NCBI GenBank assembly: GCA_043747615.1
Contig: JAYTOU010000038.1
Span: forward strand, 1-64,000
Source of the DNA: Myxococcales bacterium
Lineage (GTDB): Bacteria; Myxococcota_A; Polyangia; Polyangiales; Polyangiaceae
DNA: 64,000 bases
Direction of reading: 5' to 3'
Both the position numbers and the translations under genes were made by a program. Below are positions 20,533-30,169 of the stretch, piece after piece (positions within the stretch are counted from its first letter, which is position 1; each line of letters begins with the position of its first letter). The notes beneath the pieces were generated by a model, which was not told where the DNA came from, ran no database searches, and saw only the letters and a program-made list of their open reading frames with translations.

Positions 20533-21216
20533 TCACGCCGGCGATCGGACGAGCACGTACCCGACGCCGCGTACGGTGCGAATCCGCCGCGGGTCCTGCG
20601 CGTCGTCCTCGAGCTTCTGTCGAAGATGGCTCACGTGGACGTCGAGTGAACGATCAACCGAAGGATCGTAGTCGCCTCCCTTGAGGGCCTTGGCGAGCTC
20701 TTCGCGCGGCACCGTATCTCCGGCGCGGCGGGCGAGCTCGAGAAGAAGTCGGAACTCGAACGACGTGAGCTGCACCTCTTCGCCGCGGAGACGGACGCGG
20801 TGTGCGGGAGCGTCGATCTCGAGCGCTCCCACCGTGAGCTTTTCTGCAACCGAGCCAGGCCGTGCGCGGCGATGAACGGCCTTCATGCGCGCCAGGAGCT
20901 CCCGCGGATTGTAGGGCTTCGGCACATAGTCATCTGCGCCGAGCTCTAGTCCGACGATGCGGTCGGTGTCGTCGCCTCGCGCGGTGAGCATGATGATCGG
21001 GACCTCGAAGGACGCGCGTATTTCACGGCAGACCTCGAAGCCGTCGGCGCCGGGGAGCATCACATCGAGAAGAACGACGTCGTAGCCGCCGGACCGGAGC
21101 CTGGCGATGCCCGCACGCCCTTCGGCGGCATGATCGAGGGTGACGCCGTGGGGGGTGAAATACTCGGTGAGGAGCTGCGCGAGGTCGCGGTCATCATCGA
21201 TGAGAAGAGCGCGCAT
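20533..21216 (-). CDS. OmpR-family response regulator
   Basis: MRALLIDDD, LDVMLPG, GADDY.PKP, LRQKLE, TVRGVGY; ATG at 21216. Confidence 0.93.
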   Translation of the reverse strand: MRALLIDDDRDLAQLLTEYFTPHGVTLDHAAEGRAGIARLRSGGYDVVLLDVMLPGADGFEVCREIRASFEVPIIMLTARGDDTDRIVGLELGADDYVPKPYNPRELLARMKAVHRRARPGSVAEKLTVGALEIDAPAHRVRLRGEEVQLTSFEFRLLLELARRAGDTVPREELAKALKGGDYDPSVDRSLDVHVSHLRQKLEDDAQDPRRIRTVRGVGYVLVRSPA

Positions 21217-21235
21217 GTCCTCTAGGCATGTCCTT

Positions 21236-22213
21236 CTAGATCGAAGAGCGCTCGGCTTCGAGCGCAGCCCGCAAATGATTCCGGGCACGCAGAGCGTAGG
21301 CGCCATTGGGGTGAGCCTGGATCCAGGCCTCGAAGGCATCGACCGACGCTTCGAAATGCCCGAGCCGAAATTGCGCGACGCCCTGCGCATAGGCCAGCGG
21401 GTAGGCAGGATCGATCGCGCCGAGCTTGTTGATCTTGTCGAGCCGCCACGCCTCTGCTGCGACGTTCTCACCCGATTCGAGCGCGTCGCACGTTGCCTTG
21501 TCTGTTGCGCTCTGCCGCGATCCATCGATCCGGGCTTTTGCGGCCTCGGAAGCGTGAGGATGGGAGAGGAAAAATGTGTAGAGCGTGCGCGTCTCGTCGA
21601 GTGAAACCATGAACTCGGGGCGGCTCCCGACTCCCGCCACGCCGTTCCAGGCCATCTTGAATGCCACGCGCCGCTCGGCATCGGAGAGGAGCACCTTGTG
21701 ATCAGCGCACCAACCAACCTGCGTCATCCGCCGGACGAACGTGCCTCCGAGGGCATCGAGCTCCTTCGAGGCCTGGCCCGTCGCCTCGTAAGTCCGCACC
21801 TCCGCGAGAAACCCCTCGAGCTGCACGGCGCGAAGGCGGAGGAGGGTGTCCACGCCGCCTGCGAGCGCCGGCCCGAGGAGCTGGCCCAAGGTGACCCGCG
21901 CGTTGTTCATCGCTACGCCTTCGGCATCACGCGCTTCGCGACTGTTGAACTCTCGGATGGCCGACCCGAGCTCGCGCACCTCCGGCGGAAGAAGCTGGTT
22001 GCGCGCAAGCTCGGCCAACCGATGATCCTGGGCTTCGGTTTGTGCGAGGGCGCGCCCATCCACGTTCGGGAGCGGAATGTCCTCTGGCGGATTGGCTCGC
22101 GGGAGCAACAGCCCGCCTAGAAAAACCGCCACACCCACGGGGATCCACGCGAGCGCCGTTCCACCCACAGGAAGATTTCGCAATTTCTCGAAACGCGCAC
22201 GACCGGCAGGCAC
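21236..22213 (-). CDS. Membrane-anchored hypothetical protein with C-terminal TPR-like helices
   Basis: N-terminal hydrophobic segment; AYAQGVAQFRLGHFEASVDAFEAWIQAHP TPR-like repeat. Confidence 0.65.
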   Translation of the reverse strand: MPAGRARFEKLRNLPVGGTALAWIPVGVAVFLGGLLLPRANPPEDIPLPNVDGRALAQTEAQDHRLAELARNQLLPPEVRELGSAIREFNSREARDAEGVAMNNARVTLGQLLGPALAGGVDTLLRLRAVQLEGFLAEVRTYEATGQASKELDALGGTFVRRMTQVGWCADHKVLLSDAERRVAFKMAWNGVAGVGSRPEFMVSLDETRTLYTFFLSHPHASEAAKARIDGSRQSATDKATCDALESGENVAAEAWRLDKINKLGAIDPAYPLAYAQGVAQFRLGHFEASVDAFEAWIQAHPNGAYALRARNHLRAALEAERSSI

Positions 22214-22283
22214 ACGCAGATGCTAGCATTGCTTCGGGTTTGACCGCGTCGCATCGATGCGCCGTCACCTTAGAGGTTAGAAA

Positions 22284-22616
22284 GTGGTCGAGCTACGTCG
22301 TTTCTCCCGTGTCCACCTCGATATTTCGGTTGAATACTCGATCGAGGGGCGATCAGAGCGCTACACCGGTCGCGCGCAGGACATCTCCCTCGGCGGGATG
22401 TTCATCGAGGTCGCTCACGCCCCCGTGTTCAACGCAAACGTGGTCGTCCACGCCCAGCTTCCCCGCGAGAAAGCAGCATTCAATCTACCGGGCGTCGTCC
22501 GTTGGCTCGGCGACGGCGGGATGGGAATCCAGTTTGGCCTTCTCGGCGCGAAGGAAACCTACGCCATCACCGAGCTCGTTCACAAAGAGCGCGGCTCGCT
22601 GGTCGACGTCGACTAG
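22284..22616 (+). CDS. PilZ-domain protein
   Basis: RRFSR and DISLGG c-di-GMP-binding motifs; GMGIQF. Confidence 0.85.
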   Translation: MVELRRFSRVHLDISVEYSIEGRSERYTGRAQDISLGGMFIEVAHAPVFNANVVVHAQLPREKAAFNLPGVVRWLGDGGMGIQFGLLGAKETYAITELVHKERGSLVDVD

Positions 22617-22658
22617 ACGACCTTCGGGATCGGAGCCGCGTGCCGAACATCACGCGGT

Positions 22659-23918
22659 CTACGGCTCGATCTCGATCGGAATCTCAACGTTGCCGGGATG
22701 GTCGAACTTCACGCCATAGATCACGCGCGTGGCGCATTCGCGCGCTTCGGGGGCCAAGGGCGGATCGAAGCGTGCAGATTGCACAGACCCCCCCGGGCCG
22801 ATCTTGAGGGTGAGCTTCGAGCTGACGGTCACCTTGACGCTCGCGGCGCGAAGACCGCCGAGCGCGCAGGCTTTTACCCCGGCAAGGACCACTTTCTCGG
22901 CGGCCACGTACGGGGCGGCGACGTCCACGCGACCCGGTGAGATCGCCGGATCGGCGTGCGGCTTCTCCGTCTCGCTCCCGGTGTCGCCCTCTCGCTCGTC
23001 ATCTGGCGACTGCCGAGGCTCGAAAGTGGCGCGGGGCTCCGCTCGCACGGGTACAGGCGTGAGAACGACAGGCGATCTCACCGACGCGGTCGCGTGATCG
23101 ACGCGCATGGTGTTTCCGAAATCGGCGGCGTCGAACTCCACGTGTGCCGGCGCGGTGACGAGTGTTCCGTAGGTCGACCCGGTGCGCGGAGGCAACCCGA
23201 TGGAAACCACGCCCTCCGAGAGATCGACGATGACCTTGGTGCTGTTCACCGCGCGTGCCACGCGAAGATGGGTTCCGTGGACCGCGATGCGGACACCTTC
23301 GATGTCGATGGCAAAGGCTTCGCCCTGGCCCACCGGAGCAACCTGCGCTTCGATGGCACCGGTCAAGAGACCTAAAATCAAGGGGGATCCGTCGCGCACG
23401 AGATCCACGCGCGTCTGCGTTTCGAGAGCCCATGTGACGGCCGGTCCGCTGCCGATGGACGAGGCTCCGCGCTCGGTCACGAAGATGCCACGAGCGTCGT
23501 TCGTCTCGATGCGACCTCCGATGGAGAGCGCACGCCCTGTCTCGACGACCTCGCTCTTCGTGCCAGGACTGCTCACGTTGATGTCGCCACGTCCCTCACG
23601 TGACGAGAGCGCGCCTGCCGTTTTTCCCTGGCGTGGATTGTCCTGCGCATCGGTCCTCGGGCGCGATTGCTCGCCACGATGACCGAAGACGAAAATGAGC
23701 GCCGCCGCAGCCGCGAGCGCGCCGATGCCGTGCCAAGCCCGCTGCGATCCGTCGTGCTCTCCCAGAGTGCGCGCGATTCTATTTTCTCTCGCCACACGCG
23801 CGAAGAGCTTCTCTTCCACGCTCTCCCACTTCACGCCGATGTCCGTCGTTCCGAGATCTTCGCGCGCCTCGCGCAGCACGGCGTCGAGCGCATTCGTGAC
23901 GTTCTTTTCGGAGGTCAT
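22659..23918 (-). CDS. FecR-domain anti-sigma factor
   Basis: Single TM; FecR-like IAVHGTHLRV...LSEGVV; ATGA overlap with the ECF sigma gene. Confidence 0.8.
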   Translation of the reverse strand: MTSEKNVTNALDAVLREAREDLGTTDIGVKWESVEEKLFARVARENRIARTLGEHDGSQRAWHGIGALAAAAALIFVFGHRGEQSRPRTDAQDNPRQGKTAGALSSREGRGDINVSSPGTKSEVVETGRALSIGGRIETNDARGIFVTERGASSIGSGPAVTWALETQTRVDLVRDGSPLILGLLTGAIEAQVAPVGQGEAFAIDIEGVRIAVHGTHLRVARAVNSTKVIVDLSEGVVSIGLPPRTGSTYGTLVTAPAHVEFDAADFGNTMRVDHATASVRSPVVLTPVPVRAEPRATFEPRQSPDDEREGDTGSETEKPHADPAISPGRVDVAAPYVAAEKVVLAGVKACALGGLRAASVKVTVSSKLTLKIGPGGSVQSARFDPPLAPEARECATRVIYGVKFDHPGNVEIPIEIEP

Positions 23919-24658
23919 GAGTCTCTCGTCTCGGGCGTCTCAGGCTTCTCCGACCTATCGGAGGTTTTCGCGAACGTTGACTGGAGTGCCGCGAGCGACG
24001 GCTCTTCGCAGAGCATGCTTTCGATCTCGCGCCGCGCATAAAACAGGCGCGTGCGCACGGTGAGGACGGGAGCGCCGACCACCTTCGCGATCTCCGCAGG
24101 GAGCAGCCCCTCTAGTTCGTGTAAGACGAACACGATCCGTTTCTTGTCGGCTAGTCGATCGAGCAAGCGCGAGAAGGCCCTCATGCGCTCATGACGCGCA
24201 GCGGCTTCATCGGGAAGAACGCTCTTGTGGTCCTCGCTGATGTCCGCGGGCGCTTCCTCGGTGTACGTGGGGCGGCTCTTCGCGGCGCGCCGGTGCATGA
24301 GGACCACGTTGACGGTGACGCGGTGGAGCCATGTCGAGAATTTCGCCTGACCGCGAAAATCCTTCAGGCTCCGAAACACTTGGAAAAACACCTCTTGAAC
24401 GACGTCGTCGAGATCGGATCGCGCGCCGAGCATGCGGAAGACAAGTCGAGCAACGTCGCTGCGATGACGGAGATAGAGGGCGCGAAATGCCGCGGTGTCC
24501 CCGGTGGCCGCTCTGGAAATGAGGTCGTCGGCGGGAGCAACTTCGCCAGCCGCGAGCTCGACGCGCTCCGTGCGCGTTTCGTCCTTGGCGTCGGGGGCCA
24601 GCGCCAAGACCTCGTCGAGCTCCGCAGGGGATCGGGAGAATGACAAGCGCTCAGTCAT
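23915..24658 (-). CDS. ECF RNA polymerase sigma factor
   Basis: DDVVQEVF, FSTWLHRV, region-4 HTH EIAKVVG...VRTRLFYAR. Confidence 0.93.
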   Translation of the reverse strand: MTERLSFSRSPAELDEVLALAPDAKDETRTERVELAAGEVAPADDLISRAATGDTAAFRALYLRHRSDVARLVFRMLGARSDLDDVVQEVFFQVFRSLKDFRGQAKFSTWLHRVTVNVVLMHRRAAKSRPTYTEEAPADISEDHKSVLPDEAAARHERMRAFSRLLDRLADKKRIVFVLHELEGLLPAEIAKVVGAPVLTVRTRLFYARREIESMLCEEPSLAALQSTFAKTSDRSEKPETPETRDS

Positions 24659-24759
24659 GCTGCGGCCCCAGGCGGCACCGATTGTGTAGGAAGCTGCCAC
24701 CAACACACTCGGTGCGGGGAGGCTCCCGAAAATTCAATTCGGCAGCGAAACCAGCGGAA

Positions 24760-24894
24760 TTACCGCAATGGACGCTTACGGTTGGCGAAATCCCGGACGT
24801 CCACGGCCACGAGACCAACGACGACCACAATCGCGATGACGAGCATTGCATGAACGTGCCCACCCCAGCGAAAGAGGGCCAACTTTCCGAGCAC
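24760..24894 (-). CDS. Candidate 44-aa single-pass membrane protein (absent from the ORF track)
   Basis: GTG 24894 to TAA 24760: MLGKLALFRWGGHVHAMLVIAIVVVVGLVAVDVRDFANRKRPLR; starts 7 nt after the upstream stop; alternative ATG at 24846. Confidence 0.5.
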   Translation of the reverse strand: MLGKLALFRWGGHVHAMLVIAIVVVVGLVAVDVRDFANRKRPLR

Positions 24895-24901
24895 TGCCTC
24901 T

Positions 24902-25249
24902 TTAGGCGGCGGCGGTCTTCGGAAAGAGAGCCTTCATATCGAGCTTCTCTTGCTTCTTTTGCTCGAGGATGTGGTTCACGGCTTTCAGAAAGCGGGTCTT
25001 CGAGGGACCACTAAGCTCGCCGCCGGCAAGTGCCGTTGCGAGCGCGCGCGGGGTGATCGGGCGGCCCGAGCGGGGCTTTCGCGTCTCCGTGGTCTTCTTG
25101 TCCCCCTCGGAAGCGCGCGCCTGGCGCTTGGCCAGCTTGATGCCGCGATCCTCGCGCGTCAGGTTCTCGAGCTTGTGCGAAGCCACGATGAGACGGCGGG
25201 GGTCGATCTTCTTCGAGGCCAATACTTGCGCGAACTTAGTGTCTGCCAT
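24902..25249 (-). CDS. Small Lys/Arg-rich hypothetical protein
   Basis: 115 aa, strongly basic (RKPRSGR), host-like codon use, AGAGGA RBS upstream. Confidence 0.8.
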   Translation of the reverse strand: MADTKFAQVLASKKIDPRRLIVASHKLENLTREDRGIKLAKRQARASEGDKKTTETRKPRSGRPITPRALATALAGGELSGPSKTRFLKAVNHILEQKKQEKLDMKALFPKTAAA

Positions 25250-25425
25250 GGGATGTTCCTCTGAGGGGGGGCGCGAAACCTAGTCAGAAAAGGGCTCTTC
25301 CGCAACCACCGCACGCAGGATAGTGGCCGCGGACAGGGCGTTCGGCCACTCGGACAGGCGCGATCCCCCGATTTTGCGGGTTTTGAAGCGCTTTCTCCAG
25401 GCACGCTCGATGCTCAAGGCGAGGC

Positions 25426-27810
25426 ATGGATTTCGTCTTAGCCTTCGGGATCGCGCTCGTGGGGGGGCCGCTCCTCGCCGCGGCACCCTGGGAGGCGTGC
25501 GCAGTGGCGGTGGCGGCCGTATTCCTTGCTCCTTTGTCGAGCGCACGGGCGAGCAAGGGTCTCCGCGCCGCGCTTTCCCTTGTCATTGCAATCGGGCTCG
25601 CGGTGGGGCTCGGTCGCGGGGCGACAGAGATGCGCCGGTTCGAAGAAGAGCGGGCGCGAATCGATCACGAGCTCCCCACGATTGCGCGTTGCGCTGGCAG
25701 GGCAGTCGTCAGCGGATCACCTATTTTTCAAGGAGGAACGATGCGATGGAAGGCGCGCTTCGCCGGCGCGGTGTGCGACGACGGGCCGGTCGCTCATCCC
25801 TTTCAGGCAACGCTCTACGGAGGGCCGGGCGAGCTCGCGCGCGGTGACGAGGTCGACGTCATCGCCCAGCTGGCGCCGTTACAACGTCTCGCGAACGAGG
25901 CCACCGGCGATCCACTTCCCGGCGAAGCGCGTCGCGGCGTCGTCCGATCGGGGGGTGCCATCGACGCGCGCATCGTCACCCGGAGTCGAGGGGTGCTCGC
26001 GAGGATCGATCGCGCCCGCGCCAACGTGCGGATCCGGATCAACCTCGCCTTTCCCACCGAAACGGCCGGCATGGCGCGGGCTCTCGTCCTCGGCGAAACG
26101 GATCTCACGCCGGAAGACGACGAAGCGTTTCGCACGAGCGGGCTTGCCCATCTTCTCGCGGTCTCGGGGATGCACCTCGTCATTGCGATTCTCGGGCTGG
26201 TGAGCGTGCTCAAGGGCGTACTGGTTCGGATCGAAGTGCTCGCCGCGCGCATCGATGTCGGAAGGCTCGCGGCAGCCCTGGGAATTGCGGCGTCGTGGCT
26301 ATACGCGGACTTTGCGGGAGGCAGCGGCTCTGCCCTTCGCGCATCGTGGATGCTGACCGCAGCTCTCCTGGCGACGGTTAGCGGCCGAAGATCGGATGGT
26401 CCGCGCGCGTTCGGCATCTCGCTCGTGGCCATGTCGCTCGTCGACCCCCTCGCCATCTACGACGTTTCGTTTCTTCTCTCCGCCGCGGCGACGGCCGGTC
26501 TCCTCGCATTCTCTCCGCGCTTCGGCGACGAACCCAGCGTGCCCGGCTGGGCGCGCGCCGTCGCTCGTTCCGCCGCTGCTACCGCCGCCGCGAGCGTTGC
26601 CTGTGCGCCCATCCTGGCTCGGTTTGCCCCTACCTTGCCGCTCGGTGGTGTGCTCGCCAATCTCATCGCCGTTCCCCTCGGAGAATGTGCGGCCCTCCCG
26701 CTCTGCCTTCTGCACGCCGTCCTGTCCTCGCTTCCCTTCGCCGAATTCGCCGAGCGTGGCTGCGCGCTCGCGGCCTCCGGAGGGCTTCTCTTGGTCCGAG
26801 GGGTTGCCCGCGCTTTCGCTGGAGCGCACTGGCTCTCGCTCCCGGTCCCTCCGCCCACCACGTGGCAGCTGGCCGCTCTCACGACTGCGCTCGGCGCCGC
26901 GGCGCTCACCACCGGCGCGCGACGCTGGTCGATCGTCTGTCTTTGTCTCGCTTTCGCAAGCGTTGCAGAGCTCGCCGCTATCCACGAGGGAGTGCCGCAC
27001 GGCGTTCTTCGCGCCACGTTCCTCGACGTTGGTCAGGGCGATGCGGCGCTGGTCGATCTGCCGAATGGCGAAGCCATCTTGATCGACGGCGGCGGAATCG
27101 TGGGGAGCCCGGTCGACATCGGAGCACGCGTCGTCGCGCCAACCCTCCGTCATCGAAGGCGCCGAGATCTCGCAGCGGTGCTCCTCTCGCATCCACACCC
27201 CGATCACTTCGGAGGTCTTTTTTCCGGTACGCGCGCCATCCGGGTGCGAAGCACCTGGGACACCGGGCAAGGCGAGCGAGAAGGTGTCGCCGGCGGTTAC
27301 GCGCTCTTCCTCGCGAAGATGAGGGAAGGCGGCGTGCCCATCCTGCACCCGGAGGATCTGTGCGGCGTGCGTTCCCTCGGCGGCGCAACCATCGAGGTCC
27401 TCGCCCCGTGCCCGCATCCCACGCCCGACCGCGGGCCCAACGACAACTCGTTCGTGGTGACGGTCGGTTTTGGAAAGCGCCGTTTTCTGTTCGCAGGCGA
27501 CGCAGAGCACGACGAAGAGACTGAGCTCGTCTCGGCGTCTGGCCCGCGCCTCCGCGCCGACGTTCTCAAGATTGCGCATCACGGGAGCCGCACATCCACG
27601 ACGGCCGCATTCCTGGCCGCGGTGCAGCCGACGGAGGCCATCATCTCCGTCGGCTCGCGCAACAGATTCGGTCACCCGCACCCGAGCACCTTGTCGACCC
27701 TCGCGGCCGCCGGGGTGCGCGTCTGGAGGACCGATCGAGACGGGGAGCTTGTGGCCGAAACGAACGGGGAAACCCTGGTCGTCCGGCGATCAAGCGAGGC
27801 CTCGAATTGA
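25426..27810 (+). CDS. comEC: DNA internalization competence protein ComEC/Rec2
   Basis: HLLAVSGMH competence domain; multiple TMs; MBL domain DVGQGD, HPHPDH, NDNS, HHGS, GHP. Confidence 0.93.
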   Translation: MDFVLAFGIALVGGPLLAAAPWEACAVAVAAVFLAPLSSARASKGLRAALSLVIAIGLAVGLGRGATEMRRFEEERARIDHELPTIARCAGRAVVSGSPIFQGGTMRWKARFAGAVCDDGPVAHPFQATLYGGPGELARGDEVDVIAQLAPLQRLANEATGDPLPGEARRGVVRSGGAIDARIVTRSRGVLARIDRARANVRIRINLAFPTETAGMARALVLGETDLTPEDDEAFRTSGLAHLLAVSGMHLVIAILGLVSVLKGVLVRIEVLAARIDVGRLAAALGIAASWLYADFAGGSGSALRASWMLTAALLATVSGRRSDGPRAFGISLVAMSLVDPLAIYDVSFLLSAAATAGLLAFSPRFGDEPSVPGWARAVARSAAATAAASVACAPILARFAPTLPLGGVLANLIAVPLGECAALPLCLLHAVLSSLPFAEFAERGCALAASGGLLLVRGVARAFAGAHWLSLPVPPPTTWQLAALTTALGAAALTTGARRWSIVCLCLAFASVAELAAIHEGVPHGVLRATFLDVGQGDAALVDLPNGEAILIDGGGIVGSPVDIGARVVAPTLRHRRRRDLAAVLLSHPHPDHFGGLFSGTRAIRVRSTWDTGQGEREGVAGGYALFLAKMREGGVPILHPEDLCGVRSLGGATIEVLAPCPHPTPDRGPNDNSFVVTVGFGKRRFLFAGDAEHDEETELVSASGPRLRADVLKIAHHGSRTSTTAAFLAAVQPTEAIISVGSRNRFGHPHPSTLSTLAAAGVRVWRTDRDGELVAETNGETLVVRRSSEASN

Positions 27811-27842
27811 CACCCGCCCAGCGCAGACCGAAGAGTCCGGCC

Positions 27843-28367
27843 ATGACCGAGCGAATCGTGAGCATGATCTCTCAAGAAGAGATCGCAGTGCGCGTCCGGG
27901 AAATCGGTGCGCAAATCTCGAAGGACTACGCCGACCGTGCCCTCGTTCTCGTCTGCGTCCTGAAGGGGAGCTTCGTCTTTGCCGCGGATCTAGCCCGATG
28001 CATCGACGCTCCGCTGCGCGTGGATTTCTTGGGGGTTCGCTCTTACGGCGAAGGCACCGAGTCGAGCGGCGTCGTACAGATCACCCAAGACTTGTCGCGA
28101 CCAATTTTCAACGAGGACGTGCTCATCGTCGAGGACATCGTCGACACCGGGCTCACCATCGCTCACTTGATGGATCTTTTTCGCACCCGTCAGCCGCGGA
28201 GCGTCAAGGTCTGTACCCTCCTCCACAAGCCGGTGCGCGCGCGCGTCGAGGTAAAGATCGACTATTTGGGCTTCACCATCGAAGACAAATTCGTCGTCGG
28301 CTACGGCCTCGATTTCGCCGAAAAATACCGCAATCTTCCGTACGTAGGCGTCGTCGAACGTAACTGA
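27843..28367 (+). CDS. hpt: Hypoxanthine phosphoribosyltransferase
   Basis: [31 protein letters not shown]. Confidence 0.96.
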   Translation: MTERIVSMISQEEIAVRVREIGAQISKDYADRALVLVCVLKGSFVFAADLARCIDAPLRVDFLGVRSYGEGTESSGVVQITQDLSRPIFNEDVLIVEDIVDTGLTIAHLMDLFRTRQPRSVKVCTLLHKPVRARVEVKIDYLGFTIEDKFVVGYGLDFAEKYRNLPYVGVVERN

Positions 28368-28377
28368 GGAAACGAAC

Positions 28378-28698
28378 ATGACCGCTCCCCCGAACAAGCG
28401 CCTCGCCTTCCTCGAAAAGATCACCGCTGAAGGGTCGGTAGACCCGTTTGCTTGGTACGGCCTCGGTCAGGAGTATCGCAACCTCGAACGCTACGACGAA
28501 GCGCTCCAAACGTTCGTCGCGCTGCGAACGCGCAACCCCGAGTACGTGGCCGTCTACCTGATGGCCGGACAGATGCTCGAAAAAATCGCGCGAAAAGACG
28601 AAGCGCGCGAGTGGCTCGAAGCCGGCATCAAAGCCGCCCGCGCCAAAGGCGACTCCCACGCCCAAGGCGAGCTCGAAAGCGCTCTCGGCGCGCTCTAA
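28378..28698 (+). CDS. Small TPR protein
   Basis: PFAWYGLGQEY...YLMAGQML TPR pair; GAGG RBS. Confidence 0.85.
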   Translation: MTAPPNKRLAFLEKITAEGSVDPFAWYGLGQEYRNLERYDEALQTFVALRTRNPEYVAVYLMAGQMLEKIARKDEAREWLEAGIKAARAKGDSHAQGELESALGAL

Positions 28699-28700
28699 GG

Positions 28701-30101
28701 TTATTTCTTGCGGCGCGCTTCGACGGCAGTGCGGAGCATCTCGAGTCGCGCCTTGATTCGGGTCTCTTCGCCGCGCTCTGCTGGCTTGTAGAGAATCTCG
28801 CCGGCGAGCGCGTCGGGCAGATAGGTCTCGCCCTCGACGACCGCATCTTCGTAGTCGTGCGCGTACTTGTACCCCTCGCCGTAGCCTTCGGACTTCATGA
28901 GCGGAGTCACGGCGTTTCGTAGTTTCTTGGGGACGGGGAGTGCGCCGTGCTCTTTGATGAGCTCGCGCGCGCGGTGCCAAGCGGCGTTGACGGCGTTCGA
29001 TTTAGGAGCGCACGCCAGATAACACGCGGCGTGGGCCATCGGATAAAGGCCCTCCGGCATGCCAATCCGACGGAAGGCATCGTCTGCGGCGGTGGCGACG
29101 AGAAGGGCGCGCGCGTCAGCGTTGCCGATGTCTTCGCTCGCGAAGATGATCATCCGACGGAGCACGAAGAGCGGATCGTCCCCCGCTTCGAGCATGCGCA
29201 TCATCCAATAGATGGCCGCATCGGGATCGGAGCCGCGCATCGATTTGATGAACGCGCTCACGACGTTGTAGTGCTCTTCGCCCGCCTTGTCGTAGAGGAG
29301 CGGATCGAACGCCTGCCCGGCTGAAACGATTTCGCTGCTGATTTGCCGCGCGCCGTCGTCTCCGGCGGTCGTGCTTCGGACGTACTCGGCGGCCATGTCG
29401 AGGGAGGCGAGCGCACGGCGGGCGTCTCCCCGCGAGAGGCGCGCCAACGCTACGAGCGCCTCGTTGGTCGCGGTGAGCCCAAGCTTTCCCAGCCCTCGTT
29501 CATTGTCAACGAGGGCGCGCTCGAGAAGCTTCACGAGCTCCGCTTCTTCCAGCGCTTCCAGACGAAACACTTTGCAGCGCGACAAGAGCGCGGCATTCAC
29601 GGCGAAGGACGGGTTCTCCGTCGTGGCTCCAATCAGGGTGATCGTGCCTCCTTCGACGTGCGGCAAGAAGGCGTCTTGCTGACCCTTGTTGAAGCGGTGA
29701 ATCTCGTCGACGAAGACGATCGTCCGCTCGCCCTTGTAGGACAGCCGATCCCTCGCTTCGCCAATCACGATGCGCAGATCGGCGAGGCTGCCGAGCACCG
29801 CGCTGAAAAGGACGAAGTGCGCTTTCGTTTGCTCAGCGATGATTCGTCCGAGTGTCGTTTTCCCCACGCCTGGCGGGCCCCACAAGATCATCGAAGGGAG
29901 CCGGTCGGACTCGATCGCGCGCACCAGGAGCTTGTTCGGTCCGAAGAGGTGGGTCTGCCCGACGAGCTCCGCGAGGAGGCGGGGACGCATCCGTTCAGCG
30001 AGCGGTATTTCTCCGCGCCGCGCTGGATCCGTGCGGGCCGCGGCGGCAAAGAGCGTCTCGCCGCCGTTGGTCTGCCCCTCTTTGAACGTTCGCTGCGGCA
30101 C
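28701..30101 (-). CDS. rarA: Replication-associated recombination protein A (MgsA/RarA)
   Basis: PLAERMRP, GPPGVGKTT, DEIHRFNK, GATTENP, SAFIKSMRGSD, ASEDIGNAD; start uncertain (GTG 30101 or TTG 30137). Confidence 0.95.
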   Translation of the reverse strand: MPQRTFKEGQTNGGETLFAAAARTDPARRGEIPLAERMRPRLLAELVGQTHLFGPNKLLVRAIESDRLPSMILWGPPGVGKTTLGRIIAEQTKAHFVLFSAVLGSLADLRIVIGEARDRLSYKGERTIVFVDEIHRFNKGQQDAFLPHVEGGTITLIGATTENPSFAVNAALLSRCKVFRLEALEEAELVKLLERALVDNERGLGKLGLTATNEALVALARLSRGDARRALASLDMAAEYVRSTTAGDDGARQISSEIVSAGQAFDPLLYDKAGEEHYNVVSAFIKSMRGSDPDAAIYWMMRMLEAGDDPLFVLRRMIIFASEDIGNADARALLVATAADDAFRRIGMPEGLYPMAHAACYLACAPKSNAVNAAWHRARELIKEHGALPVPKKLRNAVTPLMKSEGYGEGYKYAHDYEDAVVEGETYLPDALAGEILYKPAERGEETRIKARLEMLRTAVEARRKK

Positions 30102-30169
30102 GACAAAACAAGCTAAGGGCTTCCGATCCCGACGCAACCCTTTATCGTATCGGGCCAGAGCTTCTCTTT

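Noticed and set aside
21217..21717. N-terminal extension of the response regulator in the 394-aa track ORF
   Set aside because: It overlaps the upstream TPR gene in another frame; the receiver domain starts at ATG 21216 with an AGAGGA RBS
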